Below the pieces are notes generated by a model. That model searched no databases. It worked only from the letters and a program-made list of their open reading frames with translations, and was not told the origin of the DNA. Both the position numbers and the translations under genes were made by a program. DNA of 64,000 bases from a virus. Shown here in pieces: positions 1-8,222 of this stretch. The first letter of the stretch is position 1; each line of letters opens with the position of its first letter. The stretch is taken from the IMG/VR virus record IMGVR_UViG_3300036770_007621; one strand, 5' to 3'.

Positions 1-1275
1 ACCAACTCCCATAGCGCCACCAGCACCTCTACCGCCCCTTCCTCCTGCTCCTCCTGCACCACCGGGACCACCACCGGCACCACCGGCACCACCACCGGCA
101 CCACCGGCACCACCACCGGCACCACCGGCTCCTGCTCCAGCACCACCACCACCGCCAGCACCTACTCCAACACCAGTTTGCCCAACTGCACCTGTAGTAG
201 TGCCTGGACCTGTAACAGAACAAGGCTTGTCATCAGCTCCCATAATCTGAGAGCCATATTGTTGAATAGATTTTAAATATAAATCTACAATTTTATCATA
301 ATCTGGAGCTATTCTCTTATCATACATCGCTGCTTTGTTTTTTAAATAAGAAGCCCTTTTGTACAAAATATGTACTGCTAAGCAAGGATCCGATTTAGGA
401 GCTAACACTGGAGAAGTTACAATCATTTTATCAGGAGTCTTATATTTAATCATCATATCCTTTAACCAATTGAAAAAGGCTGATTGATCTGCTAAATCTT
501 TAACAGTTAATTGTACAGGTAAACCAGTAAAAGTAGGCGCTCTCTCTAATCCATTTTCCCAAGTCTCTATAGATAATTCTTTAGATGGGAAAGCATCTAC
601 CAATGCATCTTGATTTAAAGTAGATTTAGCCGCTTCAGGACCTGCTTTAGATGCAATTGGCTCTCCAGTTAATTTGCTGTTAATTTCTTCAATAATTGCT
701 TTTAACATGACCTCTAGTACTTTATTACTACGAGCATCATTGTCTCTTAAATATGATAAATATCCTTTTAATGGATCTTTTAAAGCATATACATCTATTT
801 TATTAATATCCCTACTAACAGGATCTCTGTCTTTTCTATCTCTAGGAAAACTATTAAACTCTAAAGCACCAGCATCAATAGCCGCTTGTTTTTCATCGGC
901 TTTCCAAGCAAAACGATTTCCTTGCCAAGTTAATTTGTTCTCTGCTGCCCATTGAATAAAATCACCTAATGTTCTAAAATCTTGCACATTGGCAACTGGA
1001 GCAGGCTTAGTAGGATCTGTTCCTAATGGAATTCCTTTGAACTCTGGAGGTGCGTTTTTAGGATCAATTATTCTTTGTAAATTAACTAATAATGGCTTAG
1101 CTGCACGATAAGCATTTAAATCTACAGCCGGTCCTGTAGTAGTGGTTTGAGTAAAAGATGTTACTGCAGGGGCTGCCGCAGGAGGTTGTGCTAGAGCTGA
1201 TTTTTTTAATTGATCACCACCAGCTATATTGAATAATTGTTCTAATAAATTTCGATCTCTATATAAAAAAGACAT
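1..1275 (-). CDS. Hypothetical (probably virion) protein, partial, running off the left edge; Gly/Ala-rich tail
   Basis: Not in the ORF track because it has no stop in the window. ATG at 1275 preceded by TAAGGA; open for 425 codons (MSFLYRDRNLLEQLFNIAGGDQLKKSALAQPPAAAP...GAGGGAGGAGGG). Confidence 0.85.
   Translation of the reverse strand, partial: MSFLYRDRNLLEQLFNIAGGDQLKKSALAQPPAAAPAVTSFTQTTTTGPAVDLNAYRAAKPLLVNLQRIIDPKNAPPEFKGIPLGTDPTKPAPVANVQDFRTLGDFIQWAAENKLTWQGNRFAWKADEKQAAIDAGALEFNSFPRDRKDRDPVSRDINKIDVYALKDPLKGYLSYLRDNDARSNKVLEVMLKAIIEEINSKLTGEPIASKAGPEAAKSTLNQDALVDAFPSKELSIETWENGLERAPTFTGLPVQLTVKDLADQSAFFNWLKDMMIKYKTPDKMIVTSPVLAPKSDPCLAVHILYKRASYLKNKAAMYDKRIAPDYDKIVDLYLKSIQQYGSQIMGADDKPCSVTGPGTTTGAVGQTGVGVGAGGGGGAGAGAGGAGGGAGGAGGGAGGAGGGPGGAGGAGGRGGRGAGGAMGVG
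55..150 (-). repeat. Gly/Ala-coding tandem repeat (GGT/GCC units)
   Basis: ccaccggcac units repeated; encodes GGAGGGAGGAGGG in the partial ORF. Confidence 0.85.
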
Positions 1276-1283
1276 ATAAATCC

Positions 1284-2288
1284 TTAAGCATTAGGAGATA
1301 CTGCATTAACGTGAGCTAAAAAGGCTTGCAATACTACATTTTGTTTTTCTTTGTTTTGAGCATCTTGTATTGGATAGCCTAAAAATAACATTAGCTTTTC
1401 TAATTCTCCCACACTCTTTAATGCATCAATAGATACTGGAGAAAATAATTTTGGACCAGTAGGAGTGGGTAATGTTACATTTATGAGAGCTAACGCATGA
1501 GGCTTCTTTAATATATCTACTAAATCATCAGGTACTTTTCCTGGATCTACTCCGCCTGGTTTAGCAGTTAATAAAGGCTTGTCTTGCTTAATATAAGAAG
1601 CATATTCAGGAGATTGAATAATTGAATTATAGTAAGCTGAATAAAAACGATCTAATTTTTCTACCAATGGAGCAATTTTCTTAGCATGCTCAATTTTCTT
1701 TTTTTGATCATATTTAGCTATGTCATTAGTCTTAGGAATTTCATTGGCTAATTCTTGTAAATCAGATCTAGTAAAATTGTCTCTTAATTTAGAACCAAAG
1801 TCTTCAGTTACTCTTACTAATGCATCGGCTACTGCCCATACGTTTTTAACTGCATTTTGAGTGCGCCAATCCCACATACCATCTTGCATGGCTTCTGAAC
1901 TGCCTGGTCCAATTCTGCGTAATCCATCAATTACGTTGTCTAACTCAATAATGCCAGTTGGTAACTTTTGTTCTTTTTTAGTGGCTTTTACGTCAGTGGT
2001 CCATTCTTCTCCACGAATAGATGAACCAGCAGAATATTGCTCCGCTAAGAAATCATTAAAGTCTTTTCTTTTATCAGTTACATCTACGACTTCTTTAAAT
2101 TTACCAGGAGCTGATGGATCTGGAACTCTTTTGGTATTGTACTTAGCCATGTTGCTAGCAAAATTCTTAATGGCTCGCTGCATGTTGACAATATCAGGCT
2201 GTGGTGGAGCTACTGGATCTTTATCAGACAAAACATCAGCATATTTTTTAATATAGTCAACTAAATATTTATTACGATAGTTTATCAT
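1284..2288 (-). CDS. Hypothetical protein with a possible peptidoglycan-binding-like motif
   Basis: 334 aa ORF; DGMWDWRTQNAVK resembles the DGxxGxxTxxA motif of PG_binding_1 domains. Confidence 0.55.
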   Translation of the reverse strand: MINYRNKYLVDYIKKYADVLSDKDPVAPPQPDIVNMQRAIKNFASNMAKYNTKRVPDPSAPGKFKEVVDVTDKRKDFNDFLAEQYSAGSSIRGEEWTTDVKATKKEQKLPTGIIELDNVIDGLRRIGPGSSEAMQDGMWDWRTQNAVKNVWAVADALVRVTEDFGSKLRDNFTRSDLQELANEIPKTNDIAKYDQKKKIEHAKKIAPLVEKLDRFYSAYYNSIIQSPEYASYIKQDKPLLTAKPGGVDPGKVPDDLVDILKKPHALALINVTLPTPTGPKLFSPVSIDALKSVGELEKLMLFLGYPIQDAQNKEKQNVVLQAFLAHVNAVSPNA

Positions 2289-2310
2289 TTTATTTCCTAT
2301 ATTCTATGCC

Positions 2311-3861
2311 TTATTTAGGTGTGCTAGCGCCCGATTTTTTATTTTTTATTTCTTGATTATGTCTTAGAACGTTAGCTTTAGATGCTTCAAAATCAGATTG
2401 AATACTTGTTATTGTAGCTGCTAAATTAGTGTTAATTTGTTTTGCCTCTTCTATAAGGTCATTAATTTCACTTTCAGTAGATTCATCAGTTACTCTAGAA
2501 GTTATTTTTAATAATTCAGATTTTGCTTTTGCAATTTCAGAATTAATTTTTGCCATTTGCCCATTAAAATATCCTCGCCTCATACTTTGTTTTGCAATAA
2601 AATCTTCACCCATAATATTAGGAGATTTATTAAAAGAATCAATCTCATCTTTTAATGCATTCATTCTTGAAATGTTAGACGTTAAAATATTATTTAATGC
2701 ATTTTTCTTTTTAATAATTTTTCTTTTTTTAGATTCTTCTATTGCTGCAGGATTGCCTTGGACTGTGTAGCCATATAATTCTTTATCTGTAGCAACAGAA
2801 AAATCATTATTTTCAAGTTTCTCTAATCTTGCATCTTCTGCAGTTTCTTTTCTTTCCTCTTCAGCCTCTTCTCTTTCCCGTTTTTTTTCATTTCTTAAAG
2901 TTTTTCTTTCTTCTCTTTTTAATTGTCTTTCCTTTTGTCTTATTTCAGCCGCTCTATCTGCAGTTAATGGAACCTTTTTAATTGCAGTATCTGGGACTTC
3001 TCCCGTAAGCTCTACTGCCTTAATTGCATTTAATTTTTCTATTGCAGAACTAATAATTGCAACACAAGCGTCATATTCTGACTTATATTTATCCCAATCT
3101 TCAGAACTAAACCCTGAATACAATGACAAAAAACCCAGACTACTTGGTCGAGCCTCTTCTTTAGCATCCATAACCTCCTCTTTAAGAGTATATAATGCTT
3201 CTACTGTCGGATTTGCCGAATCTACCCCCGAAACTGCTGTTTGAAGCCTTGTATGATCACTAGATCCGGTCAAGAGTGTTTTCCCTCTATCAGCTATAAC
3301 GGTAGCTCTTGCTTTTGCATCTTTTGTAAATTTTATAGCCTCATTTTTTAAAGAAGCCACATACTCATTTAGATTCATCTTTATGATCTCTTCAGCAGCA
3401 AATATTCTCTTCACCGCTTGTATCGCCTCCGCCACCGATAACTTGCCAGTAGGCTCCTTGCTTAAAGTCCTCTTAATCGCTTCCTGACGCTCTGTTACCG
3501 TCATCACCTTGTGCTTGCCCTCCACATCCTTAAGCACATGACCACCTTCAGGATGAGCAAAATCAATTAAATCCTCTCCAGTCTCCTTAGATGTCTCATA
3601 CAATGTCTGAGCCTTCTTATAATGTACATAATTCTTCTCAATGTCCTCTGCGTGCTTGTGCAATCCCTCTCTGCGTAATCCCGCACATAATTTAATTATG
3701 CTCTCCGATAAATTAACGCCAGGTGTTAAATCACGCCCCATCATTAAATGCTCCGCAGATTTAATAGTAGGTGATCCCTTAACTAATCCCTTGTCAATTG
3801 CGATCTTCTCCAAAGAACGAAGTACTGCTGAATCATCAAATTTGCCATGTTTAAAAGTCAT
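2311..3861 (-). CDS. Hypothetical head-region protein with a long charged helical segment
   Basis: Start refined to MTFKHGKF (ATG 3861) using the GAGG Shine-Dalgarno 6 nt upstream; E/K/R-rich centre. Confidence 0.75.
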   Translation of the reverse strand: MTFKHGKFDDSAVLRSLEKIAIDKGLVKGSPTIKSAEHLMMGRDLTPGVNLSESIIKLCAGLRREGLHKHAEDIEKNYVHYKKAQTLYETSKETGEDLIDFAHPEGGHVLKDVEGKHKVMTVTERQEAIKRTLSKEPTGKLSVAEAIQAVKRIFAAEEIIKMNLNEYVASLKNEAIKFTKDAKARATVIADRGKTLLTGSSDHTRLQTAVSGVDSANPTVEALYTLKEEVMDAKEEARPSSLGFLSLYSGFSSEDWDKYKSEYDACVAIISSAIEKLNAIKAVELTGEVPDTAIKKVPLTADRAAEIRQKERQLKREERKTLRNEKKREREEAEEERKETAEDARLEKLENNDFSVATDKELYGYTVQGNPAAIEESKKRKIIKKKNALNNILTSNISRMNALKDEIDSFNKSPNIMGEDFIAKQSMRRGYFNGQMAKINSEIAKAKSELLKITSRVTDESTESEINDLIEEAKQINTNLAATITSIQSDFEASKANVLRHNQEIKNKKSGASTPK

Positions 3862-3892
3862 TACACGCCTCAATAAGTTAAATTATTTCTAT

Positions 3893-3901
3893 AATATACC
3901 A
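3893..3901 (-). promoter_or_regulatory. Extended -10-like motif TGGTATATT
   Basis: One of seven TGnTATAT(A/T) copies found upstream of gene starts. Confidence 0.4.
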
Positions 3902-3931
3902 AATTATAGAAAGAGTCTATTAAATAAATGT

Positions 3932-5104
3932 TTATGCAGATAATTTATTTTTATATTCTTTTCTTATCCTACATATTACTTTTCTTCCTATCCCCATCAC
4001 CCTGCTCAACTCCATAATAGATCTACTATCATTTACTATCATATCCATCTGCTCTTGCGTTAAACTCGCTTTGTTGTGCGGTATCCTGCCACAACCCTTA
4101 CCCTTTCTATTCTCACTTATCTTTTTCCTAGTCTCATCCGTCACCAATACCGGCTTCTTCGGTAATACCTCTAATATCCCATTTCTAAGCAATCTAGATC
4201 CATGTACGGTACAATATCTAACATTATTAACAATCTTATATTTTGCTCTTCCAGCTACCATGCAACCATCAGCATGACAATAAATTTCTTCTGTTGCATA
4301 CCTAATTGCAGCCTTCTTTTCCCAAGTAGCCTTAATCCCAGCTGCCATTTTTTCCAATTGCTCTTTAGGTATTTTTTTTCCTTTATGAGATTCTGACATC
4401 TTCTTGCGAACCTCTTCCGTATAAATAGAATCTTTATTCAAAGAAGATCTCCATTTAGAATATCTTTCCTTCTGCTCATCAGTCCATTTGTGACCCTGCG
4501 CCGGATGACCCTTTGTCATAATTTGCTTTTTAGTCGCCTCAGATAACTTTCTTTTTAATTCTTGTCGCTGCTCGTCAGATAGTGATTTCCAACGATTGCT
4601 TAAATTTTTTTTCCAAGCTTCAGATTTAGGAGCGTTATATCCTCCCAATGTAGCATTGTATCCCTTACCATTTTGGATATAACTATCATATTTAGTAACA
4701 AATTTTGTTTCTAATTCATTGGCAGCATCTGTATTATTGCAAGAATCTATAATATCAAATTTAAAATTATTTGCCCCATGTTTTTTTATAGCTAAATGAA
4801 ATGGTAAGTCAGAATTTTCAGAACTTTTTATATGAGCCTGCCACCTAGCAATAGGATTTACAGATTGACCAATATAAATTTTGTTGTTTATTAAACATTT
4901 TGCACGATAAATATAAATTGTTCTATCTTCTTTATTAGTATTAGATCTTTTTTCTTCTCTAATTTTTTTTGCCACATCTTTAGGACTAATTAAAATTACA
5001 TCCTCTATTGCAGCAACTTCTACTGCGTTAATTTCTAATGAATTAACCTCTGCGTTTTGATTTTCTAAATTTTTATTATCAGTTGGTTGAATTTCTTGAG
5101 TCAT
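3932..5104 (-). CDS. GIY-YIG homing endonuclease with NUMOD3-type repeats
   Basis: YIYRAKCLINNKIYIGQS motif, conserved E and YN residues, TEEVRKKMSESHKGKK-type repeats. Start refined to ATG 5104 (GGAGGA SD). Confidence 0.9.
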   Translation of the reverse strand: MTQEIQPTDNKNLENQNAEVNSLEINAVEVAAIEDVILISPKDVAKKIREEKRSNTNKEDRTIYIYRAKCLINNKIYIGQSVNPIARWQAHIKSSENSDLPFHLAIKKHGANNFKFDIIDSCNNTDAANELETKFVTKYDSYIQNGKGYNATLGGYNAPKSEAWKKNLSNRWKSLSDEQRQELKRKLSEATKKQIMTKGHPAQGHKWTDEQKERYSKWRSSLNKDSIYTEEVRKKMSESHKGKKIPKEQLEKMAAGIKATWEKKAAIRYATEEIYCHADGCMVAGRAKYKIVNNVRYCTVHGSRLLRNGILEVLPKKPVLVTDETRKKISENRKGKGCGRIPHNKASLTQEQMDMIVNDSRSIMELSRVMGIGRKVICRIRKEYKNKLSA

Positions 5105-5121
5105 ATGTTCCTCCAACTTCA

Positions 5122-5130
5122 TATATATCA
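5122..5130 (-). promoter_or_regulatory. Extended -10-like motif TGATATATA
   Basis: 17 nt upstream of the GIY-YIG ATG. Confidence 0.4.
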
Positions 5131-5144
5131 TCAAAATCAAAATT

Positions 5145-5834
5145 CTAAAGCCATAAAAATTCTAGAGATACATTGAGCGGAGAAGGTGGGGCGGTAACCA
5201 TAGCTACAGCTGGGTGGATACTACTAGGTCTTCTAGTGGTTAAGAAGCCATATTCGCTGACGTACAAATTAGCTCTAACGGGATATTGTTGATTTGTTTC
5301 GTACTGATCGGTTTGGGCGAACATTCTATTAAACCACACGGTCATTCTACCGGATCCTTGGGTACTATCATCACCTGGGATATTGGCGACTTGGTAGGTA
5401 TAGTTAACGATAGTACGGATGGCATTAGGTTTACCTGAGCCGGTGAGGTCGAAGTTAAGAGGAGTACCTGCGACGAAGGTAATTACGCCATTTACGGGGT
5501 TAAGGACAACGTTAACGGTGGAGGTAAAGCTATTGGCTATGATATTAGGTTTACGCAATTCTGCTTTAATATCTATGGGTGTGACGAGATATCCATCTGG
5601 ACCTGGGACACCGACAGCGGGAACAATAACGACTTCGTTCCAGGAGACGTTGGTGAAGGCACGAGTTTTGATATCATCGATAATACCTAAAGGTGCGGTA
5701 CCATTGGAGACGGTTGCCATAACTTGATTACCGATGACGGTGAGTTCGGCTATCATGCCAGGTTGAAATTCTGCCGAAGGGTCACAAATAAAGCTGGCTG
5801 GCAAGGCATTAGAGACTTGTACTAAGCGTAACAT
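5145..5834 (-). CDS. Putative head decoration/cement-like structural protein
   Basis: 229 aa, beta-rich; FQPGMIAEL...GTAPLGIIDD pattern resembles capsid decoration proteins; lies downstream of the protease/scaffold gene. Confidence 0.45.
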   Translation of the reverse strand: MLRLVQVSNALPASFICDPSAEFQPGMIAELTVIGNQVMATVSNGTAPLGIIDDIKTRAFTNVSWNEVVIVPAVGVPGPDGYLVTPIDIKAELRKPNIIANSFTSTVNVVLNPVNGVITFVAGTPLNFDLTGSGKPNAIRTIVNYTYQVANIPGDDSTQGSGRMTVWFNRMFAQTDQYETNQQYPVRANLYVSEYGFLTTRRPSSIHPAVAMVTAPPSPLNVSLEFLWL

Positions 5835-5865
5835 TCTAGCTCCAAAAAATAATAGACGACGTTCT

Positions 5866-5874
5866 TGTTATATA
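5866..5874 (+). promoter_or_regulatory. Extended -10-like motif TGTTATATA
   Basis: 7 nt upstream of the LAGLIDADG ATG; no SD visible. Confidence 0.4.
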
Positions 5875-5881
5875 TAAATTT

Positions 5882-6709
5882 ATGCAGAAAACAAAAAGAA
5901 ACCACCAAATTGATCAAGAAATAATTTCTTTGTACAATAGTGGTTTAACGACATATGAGGTTGGAGAAAAAGTAAAATGTTCTCAAACATGTGTTTTAAA
6001 TTGTTTGAAAGAGAATAACATTTGTAGAAGATCTACTTCTTCATATAATACTAAGTATATAACCAACTTATATTTTTTTAATAAAATAGATAATGAGGCG
6101 AAGGCATATTTTCTTGGATTATTATATGCAGATGGAAATAATTATGTGAGGAGGAAGCATAGTTATGAGGTATCTATTAAGTTAAAGGCAGAAGATAAAT
6201 ACATATTAGAAAAGTTAAGAGATTATTTATGTCCTGAGATGAGTTTAAAAGAAGTAGTAGATAAGAGAACGGGCAATTTGCATTATTTATTAAAAATAAA
6301 TAGCAAAGAATTATCTGAGCAATTATTTAAATTAGGGTGTATACCGAATAAAAGTTTGATATTAAAATTTCCTATGATTGAGGAGGATTTAATATCTCAT
6401 TTTGTACGTGGATATTTTGATGGGGATGGGAGTTTATATAGTAGAAAGGCTAATAAGAGTGGGCATATAAATTATATTTGGCAGATTACATCTACTAGAT
6501 TTTTTTGTGAATATTTAAAAAATTATTTATTGAATAAATATAAAATAAATGGGACTATGAAATTGGCGTGTAGGAAAAGTAATTTAATAACTACGACATT
6601 ATCGGTGGGAGGCAATAAGCAGGTAGAAAAGTTATTAGTTTGGATGTATGGTGGGGCGAGTTTGTATTTAGATAGAAAATATAAAAAGCCTCTGTTAAGA
6701 GGCTTTTAA
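5882..6709 (+). CDS. Free-standing double-motif LAGLIDADG homing endonuclease
   Basis: YFLGLLYADGN and FVRGYFDGDGS motifs, N-terminal HTH, C-terminal LDRKY; antisense to its neighbours. Confidence 0.92.
   Translation: MQKTKRNHQIDQEIISLYNSGLTTYEVGEKVKCSQTCVLNCLKENNICRRSTSSYNTKYITNLYFFNKIDNEAKAYFLGLLYADGNNYVRRKHSYEVSIKLKAEDKYILEKLRDYLCPEMSLKEVVDKRTGNLHYLLKINSKELSEQLFKLGCIPNKSLILKFPMIEEDLISHFVRGYFDGDGSLYSRKANKSGHINYIWQITSTRFFCEYLKNYLLNKYKINGTMKLACRKSNLITTTLSVGGNKQVEKLLVWMYGGASLYLDRKYKKPLLRGF
6684..6707. terminator. Hairpin, likely bidirectional intrinsic terminator
   Basis: AAAAGCCTCT-GTTA-AGAGGCTTTT between convergent genes. Confidence 0.7.
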
Positions 6710-6736
6710 AGTAAAGTAAGTTAAGATAAGTTAAGA

Positions 6737-7114
6737 TCAAGGTTCTTCTTCGAAGACTTCTTGGAAGACATCTTCGACTAAAATATCATCTGCCATATTT
6801 ATGTCTGGCATATTAAATACGGTTCCATGATTTTTTAAATTTTTAACCATTTTATCAGAAGTTAATTTTTTAGTATGACTATCTGATACTTTGGTGGGAT
6901 TTTTAGGTTTACGGTGTTTGGTGGCAATTTTGTGTAAAATATGTAGTAATTGATCTGCATGAGCGGTGAAGCCACTGGTTTCTAGCACATCGATAGCAGA
7001 GTTAACATAATCTACAGCTTGAGTAATGTCAGATAAATCTTGATTACTGGCTTTTTTAACTAATTGTTGATGCATGAGTTCAACAATTTCATTTTCTAAT
7101 TTTGGTTTTAGCAT
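6737..7114 (-). CDS. Small head-region protein with shared helical motif
   Basis: 125 aa; AVDYVNSAIDVLETSGFTAHADQLLHILHKIA; paralogous to 7135..7362. Confidence 0.75.
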   Translation of the reverse strand: MLKPKLENEIVELMHQQLVKKASNQDLSDITQAVDYVNSAIDVLETSGFTAHADQLLHILHKIATKHRKPKNPTKVSDSHTKKLTSDKMVKNLKNHGTVFNMPDINMADDILVEDVFQEVFEEEP

Positions 7115-7134
7115 ATTACCTTTATTTTTAATAA

Positions 7135-7362
7135 TTAAAACTTTTTTAATTTAGAAGCAAAGCTAGTTATTACTTGAGTAATTTCATTTGCTTCTTGGTT
7201 CATTCCGGCTTTGTCAAAAATATCGGCAGCTTTATGCAAATAATCAATTGTTCTGGCAAATTTATTAAAAGCATATTTATTTTCTAGTTGGTTATTAACT
7301 AGTTGTTTTTCCATTGTGCGATAAAGTTCGTTGGAAATATCTTTTTCATCATCGTAAAACAT
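7135..7362 (-). CDS. Small head-region protein with shared helical motif
   Basis: 75 aa; TIDYLHKAADIFDKAGMNQEANEITQVI; GAGG SD. Confidence 0.75.
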   Translation of the reverse strand: MFYDDEKDISNELYRTMEKQLVNNQLENKYAFNKFARTIDYLHKAADIFDKAGMNQEANEITQVITSFASKLKKF

Positions 7363-7401
7363 AAAACCTCAGTATTATGTAATAATAAACATAGAAAAAA
7401 C

Positions 7402-7437
7402 AAAAGTGCTATAAGAAATATTTCTTATAGCACTTTT
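7402..7437 (-). terminator. 36-bp perfect palindrome, intrinsic terminator
   Basis: AAAAGTGCTATAAGAAATATTTCTTATAGCACTTTT followed by a T-rich tail on the minus strand. Confidence 0.8.
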
Positions 7438-7540
7438 TTTATACTACATCATTTTTTAAATTGAGCTTTAAAATCGACTGCAGTAATTTTATTGTCTCCG
7501 CCTACATTTCTTTCATGCATTTGTTTAAAATCTTTAGACG

Positions 7541-8203
7541 TTAGACTTTTTTTTTACCGTTTGAGCTACCTGAGCCATTTGATTTGCCTTTCATAGCAGG
7601 CTTACCCTTCATGGCTGGTTTTTTCTTAGATTTTTCTTCTTCTTCTTTTTCTTCTTGTTTTTTAGCTTTTTTAGCTTCAACAATTAAGGATGCTAATTTT
7701 AAGCTAACGCTAGAGCTATTTTCCATTCCAACTGCATCTAAAGCTGCTGAAGCGGTTAATAAGCTGTCAATGGCTACATCAAAAGCGGCGGTAGCTGATA
7801 AATCTTCTACCATATCTGTGTCTAATTCATCAAGATCAAGATCAAGATCAAGATCATCTGACATTCCATAATCATCTGACATAGCATCATCGCTTGACAT
7901 GCCGTCGTATGACATAAGATCATCATATACTAATCCAGTGTCTTGCATACCCATATCTTCAGTATGCATCTTGTCTTTGGAATGCATCTTGTCTTTGGCA
8001 TACATTTTATCACCACATTGACAGCTATCCATCATGGCTGAATCCATGACTTTATTGCAATCTGGGCATTTTTGTTTGCCTTTAGCTTGATTCATATCTT
8101 GAGCATATTTATAGTGACCATTAAATAATGATTTGTGTTCTTTGCTGTTTAACACTGCATCCATTGTTGCAGCAACAAAATCTGATACGCTTTTATTATT
8201 CAT
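7541..8203 (-). CDS. Acidic Met/Asp-rich head-region protein (may extend to 7449 in the -1 frame)
   Basis: 220 aa; CPDC motif, DLDLDL repeat, basic tail ending in an A9 run. Confidence 0.75.
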   Translation of the reverse strand: MNNKSVSDFVAATMDAVLNSKEHKSLFNGHYKYAQDMNQAKGKQKCPDCNKVMDSAMMDSCQCGDKMYAKDKMHSKDKMHTEDMGMQDTGLVYDDLMSYDGMSSDDAMSDDYGMSDDLDLDLDLDELDTDMVEDLSATAAFDVAIDSLLTASAALDAVGMENSSSVSLKLASLIVEAKKAKKQEEKEEEEKSKKKPAMKGKPAMKGKSNGSGSSNGKKKV

Positions 8204-8222
8204 AATATCCCTCTATGTAAGA

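Noticed and set aside
55-150. Short tandem repeats resembling a CRISPR or VNTR array (also 28158-28250)
   Set aside because: No unique spacers; the units are multiples of 3 and encode Gly/Ala linkers in frame; no cas genes.
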